This document shows, piece by piece, positions 34,517-42,345 of a DNA stretch of 44,830 bases. The position numbers and the translations under genes were made by a program. This DNA comes from Candidatus Dojkabacteria bacterium. Lineage in GTDB: Bacteria; Patescibacteriota; Dojkabacteria; JAHIVN01. The stretch lies in contig JAQVGX010000002.1 of the NCBI GenBank assembly GCA_028696515.1, positions 1-44,830 on the forward strand, read 5' to 3'. The first letter of the stretch is position 1. Every line of letters begins with the position of its first letter. The notes below the pieces were generated by a model. It made no database searches. It saw nothing but the letters and a program-made list of their open reading frames with translations, and was not told the origin of the DNA.

Positions 34517-34930
34517 ATGACTAAAGCAGTAATCGATAACAACATATGGCTCTATTACTTACTTACAAATGATCAAAGTATCCGGAAGGTAATGAGACTA
34601 GCTGTCGGCAGAAGATTAGAATTGTTTTCATCTCCCGAGATTCTTGAAGAACTAAACCTCAGGACAAAGGAATTGCTTGAAACCAGGTATTTATCTAAGA
34701 CCAAAATTATCGCATTTATGCAACTTGTTCCCTCCCTTTTTAGAACCTATAAAAAGAAGCCTCTTTCTCACTCCCTTGAGGATAAGAAACTTAGTATATA
34801 TGCCGACCTAGCTACCTCAGAAAAAATTGATTATCTTGTTGCATATAACTACAAGGAGCTCGAAAGGCTTGATGGGTTTGAGGGGATTAATGTGGTCGGA
34901 CTTGAGACATTTTTAAAGAATCTTTTTTAG
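34517..34930 (+). CDS. PIN-domain toxin-like protein (PIN_3-like)
   Basis: MTKAVIDNNIWLYYLL.., ..LFSSPEILEELN.. and ..EDKKLSIYADLATSEKIDYLVAYN. follow the PIN_3 pattern (vviDtNvl..S..il.E...D..l..A....adylvT.d). The last acidic position reads AYN instead of TGD. Confidence 0.55.
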   Translation: MTKAVIDNNIWLYYLLTNDQSIRKVMRLAVGRRLELFSSPEILEELNLRTKELLETRYLSKTKIIAFMQLVPSLFRTYKKKPLSHSLEDKKLSIYADLATSEKIDYLVAYNYKELERLDGFEGINVVGLETFLKNLF

Positions 34931-34958
34931 AAAATTTTCATTCTTGGGAAGCGAATCT

Positions 34959-36731
34959 CTACTTCATCTGTGCTTCTAACTTCTCATGTACAACTCTTTC
35001 CACAGCACTTCGGACTTCAGAATAGTATCTTTTATCCTCCTTTTCTTCTCTCAATTTCTTATAGTCTTCATCCCTACAAACACCTATCTCTCTCTCAAAT
35101 GTTTTCTGTTTTACTTTTTTATAAAGGTCTGCAAAAAGAAAAACTTTACGTCCCATAAATTCTATCTGACTACCATCTGGGGTCCGTAAAGCACGAATAT
35201 GTGCAGTAGCTGCTACAGAGGCATATACATCATCTTCCGTTAGTCCATATTCACCGGCATGTTCGATAACTTCATTGACAAGATCTAACAGTCTCATCGC
35301 CCCACCCGATTCAAATGTTTCTGCATCCACATGATATGCGCTTCTGTATAAATAAGATCTCCCAGCCAGCAAACAAGGAAATATGTGACTATAGAACTCA
35401 GTAAATATATCTCTTCCCGCTCCCATCTCTGCTCAATCCCACCTACCTCAACTACATTTTTCTTGTAACCTCCATGTTGATATTCATGAGCCATTACACC
35501 AGCTGCCATCACTACAGCATCGCGACCTAGAAATCTGCTATTTTGAACCTTTGCAAGTGCACCTAAGTCACCAGTCTGCAAACCTTCCCGCTGCTCTGCG
35601 TCTACTATCAGAGCCAGAGCCTCTCCTCCATAACAGCAACCCTACTGCATCAAGTGTTTGACTTGAAGCGAAACGTGCACTCTTGATACTTTTAAAGTTC
35701 CGAGTAATGATACTTCCAAAAACTCTTTGTTCCCAATCAAATCTTGGTTCTAAAAGATCCCAGAGATGCTTATTGACCTGCTCCATAGTCTCGAGAAACA
35801 AAACCCTTCTTTCAGAATGAGAACCAGGAATATCCCCTCTCTTATACCGAATCCCAAGCTCCACCACTCTAAGATAATTACGTGCTGCTGCATATAAAAG
35901 CTCGAATTAATTTGGAGCACCTCTTTGCATGAAACCTTCTCGTCCAAGGGCGTATAATTTTCCTAACCTATGAGCATCTGGTCTAGCTAAGCGAGTATAA
36001 TTATCTCCCTCTACTTGATCCAAATCTCTTCTCATAGCAGCCATTATACCAACGATGTGGCCACTTGGATGCCCATCAGGATTTATAATGTCCCCTTCCT
36101 CTACCCAGTCAAAATCCTCATCCAACCTGTCAAGAACATCATCTACTGATCCCAATCTTTCAAACCCTCTTGATGTTGGCTTGCCTTCAGGAATCCCCGT
36201 ATCTTCAAAGTGAAAAAGAACCAGTTCTGGACCTTGCTTTCCTGCAATTATAGTAGCAAAAAGACCCGTTCTGCCTACTTCGTCATTAGTCAAATTGACA
36301 ATATCCCCAATCCCAAATTTAAACTCTTTTTCACTTCTCCACTTTCTCCCTTTATGTACCCACACTTTGCATATTCCAGGATCACTGTGATAATCTACAC
36401 GAAAAGTTAATCTATCCACCCAATGACCTACTGAAAACTCATCTCTTTGACCTGATCTCAGGAGATGTTGTTTTTTAATCTGAACTCCTATATATTCTGA
36501 TAAAGCTTCTGCACTTCCTGCATCTTGAAAGACAACTAACTTCTTCACTACACCAAGAGCTTGGGCATTTCGCATCGATCCGATGAGAACCCGACTATCA
36601 TCATCCACCAAAACTACTGGCATATCAAACCTAACTTGATTTCCCTAACTATCGTACCAAAAAAGTCCTCCCCAACGATCTTGGAGTCTTGTGTCTAGTT
36701 CATCTCTGTAAAACCGATCCACTTTTTCCAT
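34959..36731 (-). pseudogene. Decaying ~591-codon gene with an HExxH metalloprotease-type motif
   Basis: One reading frame runs from the ATG at 36731 (MEKVDRFYRDELDTRLQDRWGG..). It is interrupted by an in-frame TAG (36647..36645) and an in-frame TAA (35909..35907). The frame shifts near 35640-35660 (..GGEALALIVDAEQREGLQTGDLGALAKVQNSRFLGRDAVVMAAGVMAHEYQHGGY..) and shifts back near 35425-35435. The ORF-track pieces 35907..36623, 35568..35867, 35294..35581 and 34959..35426 are the fragments. Confidence 0.65.
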
Positions 36732-36776
36732 AGATTTATTTATCATGAAACAAAATTATACCATCTTTATTTCACC

Positions 36777-37880
36777 TCACCTAGAGAAATTCTCCACCAT
36801 AATTAGCCAGGGTTCTTGCCCCAAAAACCCAAGCTTGTATTCTTCTATCTTTGGATTCCACAAATACTTCTTGGCATATTTTCTAAGAATTTCAGATCGA
36901 GAACCCAACAAGCAAATTACCCCTCCTCTTTTAACAATTCTTACATATTCCTTCAGAGCATCTCTGTAAAGAGTTGTGATGTTACTGACCCTAACCTGTT
37001 TTCCATAAGGCAGGTTTGAAACAGCACAATCAAAGAAGTTGTCTGGCCAGTTGGTTTTCACAGCATCAATTTGTTTCACCTCAACTTTAAGCTTTCCCGC
37101 CAGTGGCGGGCCAGCCTTGGGCTGGGAACTTTGAGATTTCCAGTCAAAGAGGGACCTTCCTATTGTGAGAAATTTTAAGTTTTGCAAATTCTTTCTAGTA
37201 TAACTAACACCTTGAGGATCGATATCTCCTCCAAAGACTTCATTTCCCATCAATAGCGCCTCGCACAAAATAGTCCCGCTCCCGCAAAAGTTGTCAACTA
37301 TTCTCAAATTCTTCTTTCCTTGAGTTGCAGCATAAACCATACAAGCAGCTATCGATGGCTTCAACGAGCCGGCTTTTTCATACTTCTTGTATTCTCTTTT
37401 ATACAGAGGCAGCTTCACCAGTCTGACAGACAGGTAAATGTCATTTTTATCTACAAATATTCTGACATCAAAATTGCCATGATCTGTCTCACTGTAATTA
37501 AAGCCTGTTACATTAGTTAAAGTGTTAACTATTTCTTTCTTGAGATCGTTGAGATCAATACTTGTTACGCCTCCAATCGTCACTGAGAATCTTGCCTCAA
37601 TATCTTGTCTAATTGAATAAATCTTTTGTAGAACAGGTTTCAAGTCCAGGCCAAGGACTCTCTCACTAAATACTTTCAAATCCGAGAATGCAAACCTATC
37701 CAATAATATCCCTATATCATCCGGACATTTTAGATCTAGAAGCATTTTGGCTGTACCAGAGTACTCAAAAATAATTCTTTTATCCTCCTCTTCAAATATT
37801 TGAACTGTTTTAAGTTTTCCAAGAATTTCTGCCCTGACGATTGGCTCTGTTCCCTTTGTACAATATGCGATGTATTTCAT
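36777..37880 (-). CDS. THUMP-domain RNA methyltransferase (UPF0020/Trm14/RlmL-like, N-methylase type)
   Basis: N-terminal THUMP-like region, motif I IVDNFCGSGTILCEALLMG, and motif IV AVSNLPYGKQV (an NPPY variant). Confidence 0.7.
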   Translation of the reverse strand: MKYIAYCTKGTEPIVRAEILGKLKTVQIFEEEDKRIIFEYSGTAKMLLDLKCPDDIGILLDRFAFSDLKVFSERVLGLDLKPVLQKIYSIRQDIEARFSVTIGGVTSIDLNDLKKEIVNTLTNVTGFNYSETDHGNFDVRIFVDKNDIYLSVRLVKLPLYKREYKKYEKAGSLKPSIAACMVYAATQGKKNLRIVDNFCGSGTILCEALLMGNEVFGGDIDPQGVSYTRKNLQNLKFLTIGRSLFDWKSQSSQPKAGPPLAGKLKVEVKQIDAVKTNWPDNFFDCAVSNLPYGKQVRVSNITTLYRDALKEYVRIVKRGGVICLLGSRSEILRKYAKKYLWNPKIEEYKLGFLGQEPWLIMVENFSR

Positions 37881-37929
37881 AAGTGCGCGTTGATATAATC
37901 AAGTGTATTCTAGCAGAAAGGACACTCAA

Positions 37930-38865
37930 ATGGATATAAATATCAGAAAGCTAAAAACTACATCCGACGAAAAGAAAGCCATCAAGATTTACAGGGAATC
38001 TCTGGGTGCTAAGTGGCCCCTCGACACAGTGACTTTTCACAATATTTTGAAGAATAGATACTCAACAACTTATTTGGCAACCGTCCGGGATTCAATTGCA
38101 GGCTACGCTATAACACAAAAAAACTTATCTGAGAAAAACGGCTCTCTTGTTCTTATTTGCATACTAAAACGGTTTCAAGGAAAACGGATTGGGACCAAGC
38201 TGGTAGAACATTGTTTGAAAGAATTCAGAAAACAAAGTGTAAGAAAAATTCAAGTCGGGGCAGGTGGAGAAATCTATCTTTGGCCTGGAGTTCCTGACAA
38301 CTTGCCCCAGGCAGTAAGTTTTTTTAAGTCGGTAGGATTTGAATATTCTGAAACAAGCTTTGATCTAATCGGAAATCTGTCCGAATACTCAACACCGGAT
38401 TGGGCACGAAAAAGAATTGAGCTTAATAACTTAAAATTCAGAACTGCTACAAAAACGGATTCCAAAGAAATATTAAATTTTGAGAAAGAAAATTTCCCCG
38501 GATGGGCAAATTCATTTAGGACAAAATTCGATAATATGGACCACTCTGATATTCTTTTCGCTTACGATAAGGAAATTCTGGGAACTGTACTTCTCACAGA
38601 TCAAAACTCTAACTTCCAAGGAACCACACTCACCTGGAATAAAATACTCGGAGAAAACATGGGCGGATTTGGGGCCCTGGGAGTAGCAGAAAAAGCTAGG
38701 GAAAAAGGAATAGGAATGACACTGGCTGCAAAGGCTTCGGAGATCCTCAAACAAAGGGGTGTAGAGAATTGTTTTCTCGGCTGGACTTGGCTTGTTGATT
38801 GGTATGCAAAACTCAGGTTCAAGGTCTGGCAGGAGTATAAAATGAGCTGGAAAAAACTAACATAG
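37930..38865 (+). CDS. GNAT-family N-acetyltransferase (two GNAT-like halves)
   Basis: Motif A is ICILKRFQGKRIGTKLVEHCL, with a second LGVAEKAREKGIGMTLAAKASEIL. The ORF track starts at a GTG at 37903. An extended -10 (TGaTATAAT, 37891..37899) makes the ATG at 37930 more likely. Confidence 0.7.
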   Translation: MDINIRKLKTTSDEKKAIKIYRESLGAKWPLDTVTFHNILKNRYSTTYLATVRDSIAGYAITQKNLSEKNGSLVLICILKRFQGKRIGTKLVEHCLKEFRKQSVRKIQVGAGGEIYLWPGVPDNLPQAVSFFKSVGFEYSETSFDLIGNLSEYSTPDWARKRIELNNLKFRTATKTDSKEILNFEKENFPGWANSFRTKFDNMDHSDILFAYDKEILGTVLLTDQNSNFQGTTLTWNKILGENMGGFGALGVAEKAREKGIGMTLAAKASEILKQRGVENCFLGWTWLVDWYAKLRFKVWQEYKMSWKKLT

Positions 38866-38989
38866 TAAGTCCACTTTTTTTAAAAGAAGCTAAATATTGC
38901 TGATAATTGAGTTTATAAGCAATAATACTTTTTCTTTTTCAAAAGAAACAAAAAACATACTTTTTATAACTAAAAAGTATGCAAAAAGT

Positions 38990-39064
38990 TCTGGGGTGAG
39001 ACAAATTCCGTCAGATAAACATTTTACTACAGATAACAAAAACAGGGAGTTGTCTCACCCCAGA
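38990..39064. repeat. Perfect 15-bp inverted repeat (hairpin) with a 45-nt loop
   Basis: tctggggtgagacaa (38990..39004) is the exact reverse complement of ttgtctcaccccaga (39050..39064). Confidence 0.9.
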
Positions 39065-39125
39065 CCCCAGTATGTAAGCACTCGAAGTACTGTATACAAC
39101 ACTTCGGAGCTAAGAAGTTCGGGGT

Positions 39126-39287
39126 CCGGGGTTTTCAACTTTTCAAAGTAGTTCTTAGAAAATTTAAATCACGACCAAGCATTTTGACGGCATTTAATAT
39201 TGGTTTTGTATAAGTAATTCTGTATGAGGTTGTTATTATATCGAAATGCGAAGGGAGAAAACTTGAAAACCCCGGTGGCTTTTTTTT
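39126..39287 (+). ncRNA. Candidate structured RNA or MITE-like element: 19-bp closing inverted repeat around 112 nt, followed by a T8 run
   Basis: ccggggttttcaacttttc (39126..39144) pairs with gaaaacttgaaaaccccgg (39257..39275), 18 of 19 positions. tggc then TTTTTTTT (39280..39287) follows. The region is non-coding, and an independent extended -10 for rsmI lies downstream at 39409..39417. Confidence 0.3.
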
Positions 39288-39408
39288 CTATTTTTTGGCC
39301 AGTCAAAAAATAGATTGTTTTGCTTCTTTTCTAAAAAGAAGAACTAGTCATTCGTATAAACTCAAAACTAAGCAATTTTATCTACAGCTGTATTTCAAGT
39401 ACACAGGT

Positions 39409-39417
39409 TGATATAAT
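39409..39417 (+). promoter_or_regulatory. Extended -10 element upstream of rsmI
   Basis: TGaTATAAT, 27 nt before the TTG start at 39444. Confidence 0.35.
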
Positions 39418-39443
39418 AGAAAAAAAACTGTTAAAAGAAAATT

Positions 39444-40127
39444 TTGAACTTATCTCAACCAGGCAAACTCTACGTCGTAGCCACGCCAATCGGGAACTTG
39501 GAAGATATTACTTTCCGAGCAGTTAGAATATTGAAAGAAGTATCCATAATACTGGCCGAAGACACAAGGAAAACTACTACTCTGCTGCATCATTACAATA
39601 TTGATACCAAGATGCTCTCATACAGAGATCAAAATCACCTGAGAGTTATTGATTTGATTCTAGGAATTCTTGAGAGCGGACAGAATATAGCCCTAGTATC
39701 AGATAGTGGTACCCCCCTAATTTCGGATCCTGGTTTCAAACTAGTTCGAGAACTTGTTGCTCAAAACATCAATGTTATAGCTATTCCCGGACCATCAGCT
39801 GTGATTGCAGCACTTTCAGTTTCTGGACTACCTACAGACAAGTTTACCTTCCTTGGATTTCTACCCAAAGGTCCCGGTAGACGAAAAACCGCTCTCGAGA
39901 AATTCGGCAATCTTGATACTACTTTGATCATATATGAATCTCCTTTTCGCCTCAAAAGTCTGCTTGACACAATTTACGAGACCTTTGGAGATAGAACTGT
40001 AACAGTAGCAAACGATCTAACCAAGAAATTTGAAAGAGTCTGGTGCGGCAAAATTTCTGCCGTTCAAACCAGCCTAGAGGGGATAACTCCGAAAGGAGAA
40101 TTTGTAATACTGATTTCTAAAGAATAA
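39444..40127 (+). CDS. rsmI: 16S rRNA (cytidine1402-2'-O)-methyltransferase RsmI
   Basis: GKLYVVATPIGNLEDITFRAVRILKEVSIILAEDTRKTTTLL..ALVSDSGTPLISDPGFKLV..IPGPSAVIAALSVSGLP..FLGFLP are the canonical tetrapyrrole-methylase-fold RsmI motifs. The start codon is TTG. Confidence 0.9.
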   Translation: MNLSQPGKLYVVATPIGNLEDITFRAVRILKEVSIILAEDTRKTTTLLHHYNIDTKMLSYRDQNHLRVIDLILGILESGQNIALVSDSGTPLISDPGFKLVRELVAQNINVIAIPGPSAVIAALSVSGLPTDKFTFLGFLPKGPGRRKTALEKFGNLDTTLIIYESPFRLKSLLDTIYETFGDRTVTVANDLTKKFERVWCGKISAVQTSLEGITPKGEFVILISKE

Positions 40128-40268
40128 AAACCTCACGAAACAATGGCTGCCAGTAAGGCAACCTATCGATCACGTACAACTTTTTACCACCAATCGTTTC
40201 AATGATTTAATCGTTTTGTTTTTAAAGTAAAATGACTTTAACCCTACTATAAATCTTTATACATTTTC

Positions 40269-41108
40269 TCAGTTTCTCATTGCTATAAAATCAACATCTT
40301 CAAGTACTTTTCTCAATCTCTCAATAATTCTCAGCTCTATCCTATCTAATTCATATATAGATTTACCTAACTCTACAGCTGCTGTATTTTTTTCTACTCC
40401 GGCTTGATGGATAAGCTTCATGTAAACAACCCCAAATTTATCGTCCGGAGAGCCTCTCCTTTCCAATTCACGAAGCTCTTCTTCGATTACAGCATAAATC
40501 TGATCTTGAGTAGCAATCTCTTCAACCTTCTTGCCAAACAAAGTATAAATATCACCAAGATGGTGCTTCTGAACCACTTGCCTTAACCCTTCATCTATTT
40601 GTTCCTGACTCAAGTTTGTAAGTAGTCTGGCTGCAACAGCAAATGGTTGATCCCGAGGAGCAGACATTCTAACAATTTCTCCCGGGATAGCCTCAAAGTC
40701 TGTAGAAAATTCTGTCTGTGCAAATCTGGTACGTATAACCTTTATACCGCTGGATATTCTGCCCTTTATAGAACTTTCGGTAACACCTAGCTGACCTGCA
40801 AGTTCTCCGATATCTAAGCCTAGTAGGAAAACTGCTCTAAGATACAAAGCGTTCAATTCATGCCCTGGTATACCACCCAGTCTCTCAACATATTGAACTG
40901 TAGCATCAAGATGATTCTGAAGAAGATCAATACGTACTAACTTTTTGGAAACTTCCCTCCCCCCAACATCTAATACATATGTGCTTTTTCGAAAAATCCT
41001 TCCTGCGAGGTCTCTGATACCTGAACTGCTAAGCTCTTGCCACTCTCGTTCAGATATTAACCGATTTAGTTGGTCGAATTTCGGTGAAGCTCCTTCCCTC
41101 TCAGGCAT
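40269..41108 (-). CDS. Orphan protein with two sigma-70 region-4-like HTH segments
   Basis: 279 aa. HTH-like segments are LDIGELAGQLGVTESSIKGRISSGIKVIRTRF and NTAAVELGKSIYELDRIELRIIERLRKVL. No region-2 (-10 recognition) motif is seen. Composition is R/E/L/Q-rich, like the 32.7-36.7 kb island genes. Confidence 0.4.
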   Translation of the reverse strand: MPEREGASPKFDQLNRLISEREWQELSSSGIRDLAGRIFRKSTYVLDVGGREVSKKLVRIDLLQNHLDATVQYVERLGGIPGHELNALYLRAVFLLGLDIGELAGQLGVTESSIKGRISSGIKVIRTRFAQTEFSTDFEAIPGEIVRMSAPRDQPFAVAARLLTNLSQEQIDEGLRQVVQKHHLGDIYTLFGKKVEEIATQDQIYAVIEEELRELERRGSPDDKFGVVYMKLIHQAGVEKNTAAVELGKSIYELDRIELRIIERLRKVLEDVDFIAMRN

Positions 41109-41154
41109 CTAATTAAAGGAAAAATATAAATCGGACATACTTATCAAGAATAGC

Positions 41155-41835
41155 TTACTCCTTCTTTGGTGCTTCATCTTCACCATCTTCCTCGCCTTCT
41201 CCCGCTTTAGCCTTCTCATCACCTTCCTCATCTTCCTCTTCCTCGGTTACGGTCTCCTTTACTTCTTCGACTATCTCCTTTTGTGGAGGAGCGATATATG
41301 CAAGGGTAGCACTTTCAGATATGTCTGAAGCAAGTTCTACACCTTCAGGTAGATCTAGGTGCTCAACTGCAAAGTTGTCTCCTATCTCATTGAGTTCAGA
41401 GATATCAACGATAAGTTTTTCTGGCAATTTAGCAGGAAGACATCTCACCTCAAGTGTTTTGAACGGAGTAACGAGAAATCCGATCTTATTCTTCACTGCT
41501 GTGGATTCACCTATTGTTTCAACGGGAACATCTGCTGTTACCGGTTTATCCATATCAAGTTCATAGAAAGCGACATGAATCTCATCATCTGTTAGTGGAT
41601 TGTACTGAACCTCTCGGATAAGAGCTTTGGAAGACTTCCCCTCTCCCTCAAGTTCGAAATCCACCAATTTACTGTAGCCCGAATCATCAAATACCTTTTT
41701 AAACTCCTGCACATTTACAGCTATATCCTGAGATTTTCTTTTAGGACCATATACAACCCCTGGGATCAAGCTTTCATTCAGAAGAAACTTTGCTTGTTTT
41801 CCCTTTTTATCCCTATTTTTTGCTATTATCTTCAT
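41155..41835 (-). CDS. rplY: Ribosomal protein L25/Ctc (long form) with an acidic C-tail
   Basis: LIPGVVYGPKRKSQDIAVNVQEFKKV...IREVQYNPLTDDEIHVAFYEL...VPVETIGES.AVKN..G.LV...LEVRCLPAKLPEKLIVDISELNIGD pattern, followed by a TEEEEDEEGDE.. tail. Confidence 0.85.
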   Translation of the reverse strand: MKIIAKNRDKKGKQAKFLLNESLIPGVVYGPKRKSQDIAVNVQEFKKVFDDSGYSKLVDFELEGEGKSSKALIREVQYNPLTDDEIHVAFYELDMDKPVTADVPVETIGESTAVKNKIGFLVTPFKTLEVRCLPAKLPEKLIVDISELNEIGDNFAVEHLDLPEGVELASDISESATLAYIAPPQKEIVEEVKETVTEEEEDEEGDEKAKAGEGEEDGEDEAPKKE

Positions 41836-41868
41836 TTCTAAATTGTCTTAATAATAATTAATTTCATT

Positions 41869-42345
41869 TTATCCCTTTTGGGGAAATATAACTATATGTC
41901 GATCAATTCCTTCCCCCTCGCTTTCGGTTTTCACTTCATCATTATCTTGCAAGCTTAGGTGGATTACTCTTCTTTCAAATGCAGTAAGCGGCGGAAGAGC
42001 CACTTTCTGTCCTGTTTCTTGTACCTCTTCGATAGCTCTGCTTGCTAGTGATTTTAGATAATCATTACGTCTTTCCCTATAATTGTTCATATCTAGCAAA
42101 ACGGAAACATGTTCCCCAGCCTTGTTAGATATAATCTGAGAGAGTATCATCTGAAGAGAATTCAATGTCCCGCCCCGGTAGCCTATCAGAAAGCCCAAGT
42201 TTTCTCCCTCTACGATCACTTTCAGGAATTTCTTATCATGTTCATCTATTTCCAGTGAAATTTCTGCCTTTGCCTCAGGCTCGAGAACAGAGAGCATCTT
42301 ACCAAATATCTCCTCAGCTTTTTTTACTAGTTCCTTGTCCTTCAT
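41869..42345 (-). CDS. khpB: KH + R3H RNA-binding protein Jag/KhpB (short form without the Jag_N domain)
   Basis: The KH domain is GENLGFLIGYRGGTLNSLQMILSQI and the R3H domain is LPPLTAFERRVIHLSLQDNDEVKTESEGEGIDRHIVI. The gene is directly downstream of yidC, the classical arrangement. Confidence 0.8.
   Translation of the reverse strand: MKDKELVKKAEEIFGKMLSVLEPEAKAEISLEIDEHDKKFLKVIVEGENLGFLIGYRGGTLNSLQMILSQIISNKAGEHVSVLLDMNNYRERRNDYLKSLASRAIEEVQETGQKVALPPLTAFERRVIHLSLQDNDEVKTESEGEGIDRHIVIFPQKG

Noticed and set aside
35750-35947. 65-aa ORF overlapping the junction of two pseudogene fragments
   Set aside because: It lies in a third frame across the in-frame TAA region and has a hydrophobic, nonsense-like translation. 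It is an artefact of the decaying gene.
35907-36647. In-frame TAG and TAA in the HExxH gene as possible stop-codon reassignment (recoded phage or alternative genetic code)
   Set aside because: TAG terminates smpB, TAA terminates groEL and the T4CP-like gene, and TGA terminates the clp-like gene in this same window. The HExxH gene also carries two frameshifts, so pseudogenisation is the simpler explanation.
38897-39151. 84-aa ORF (TTG start) in the GNAT-rsmI intergenic region
   Set aside because: It runs straight through several perfect hairpins and has no ribosome-binding context. Its composition is low-complexity and basic (..FITKKYAKSSGVRQIPSDKHFTTDNKNRELSHPRPQ..). The region is better explained as structured non-coding DNA or RNA.
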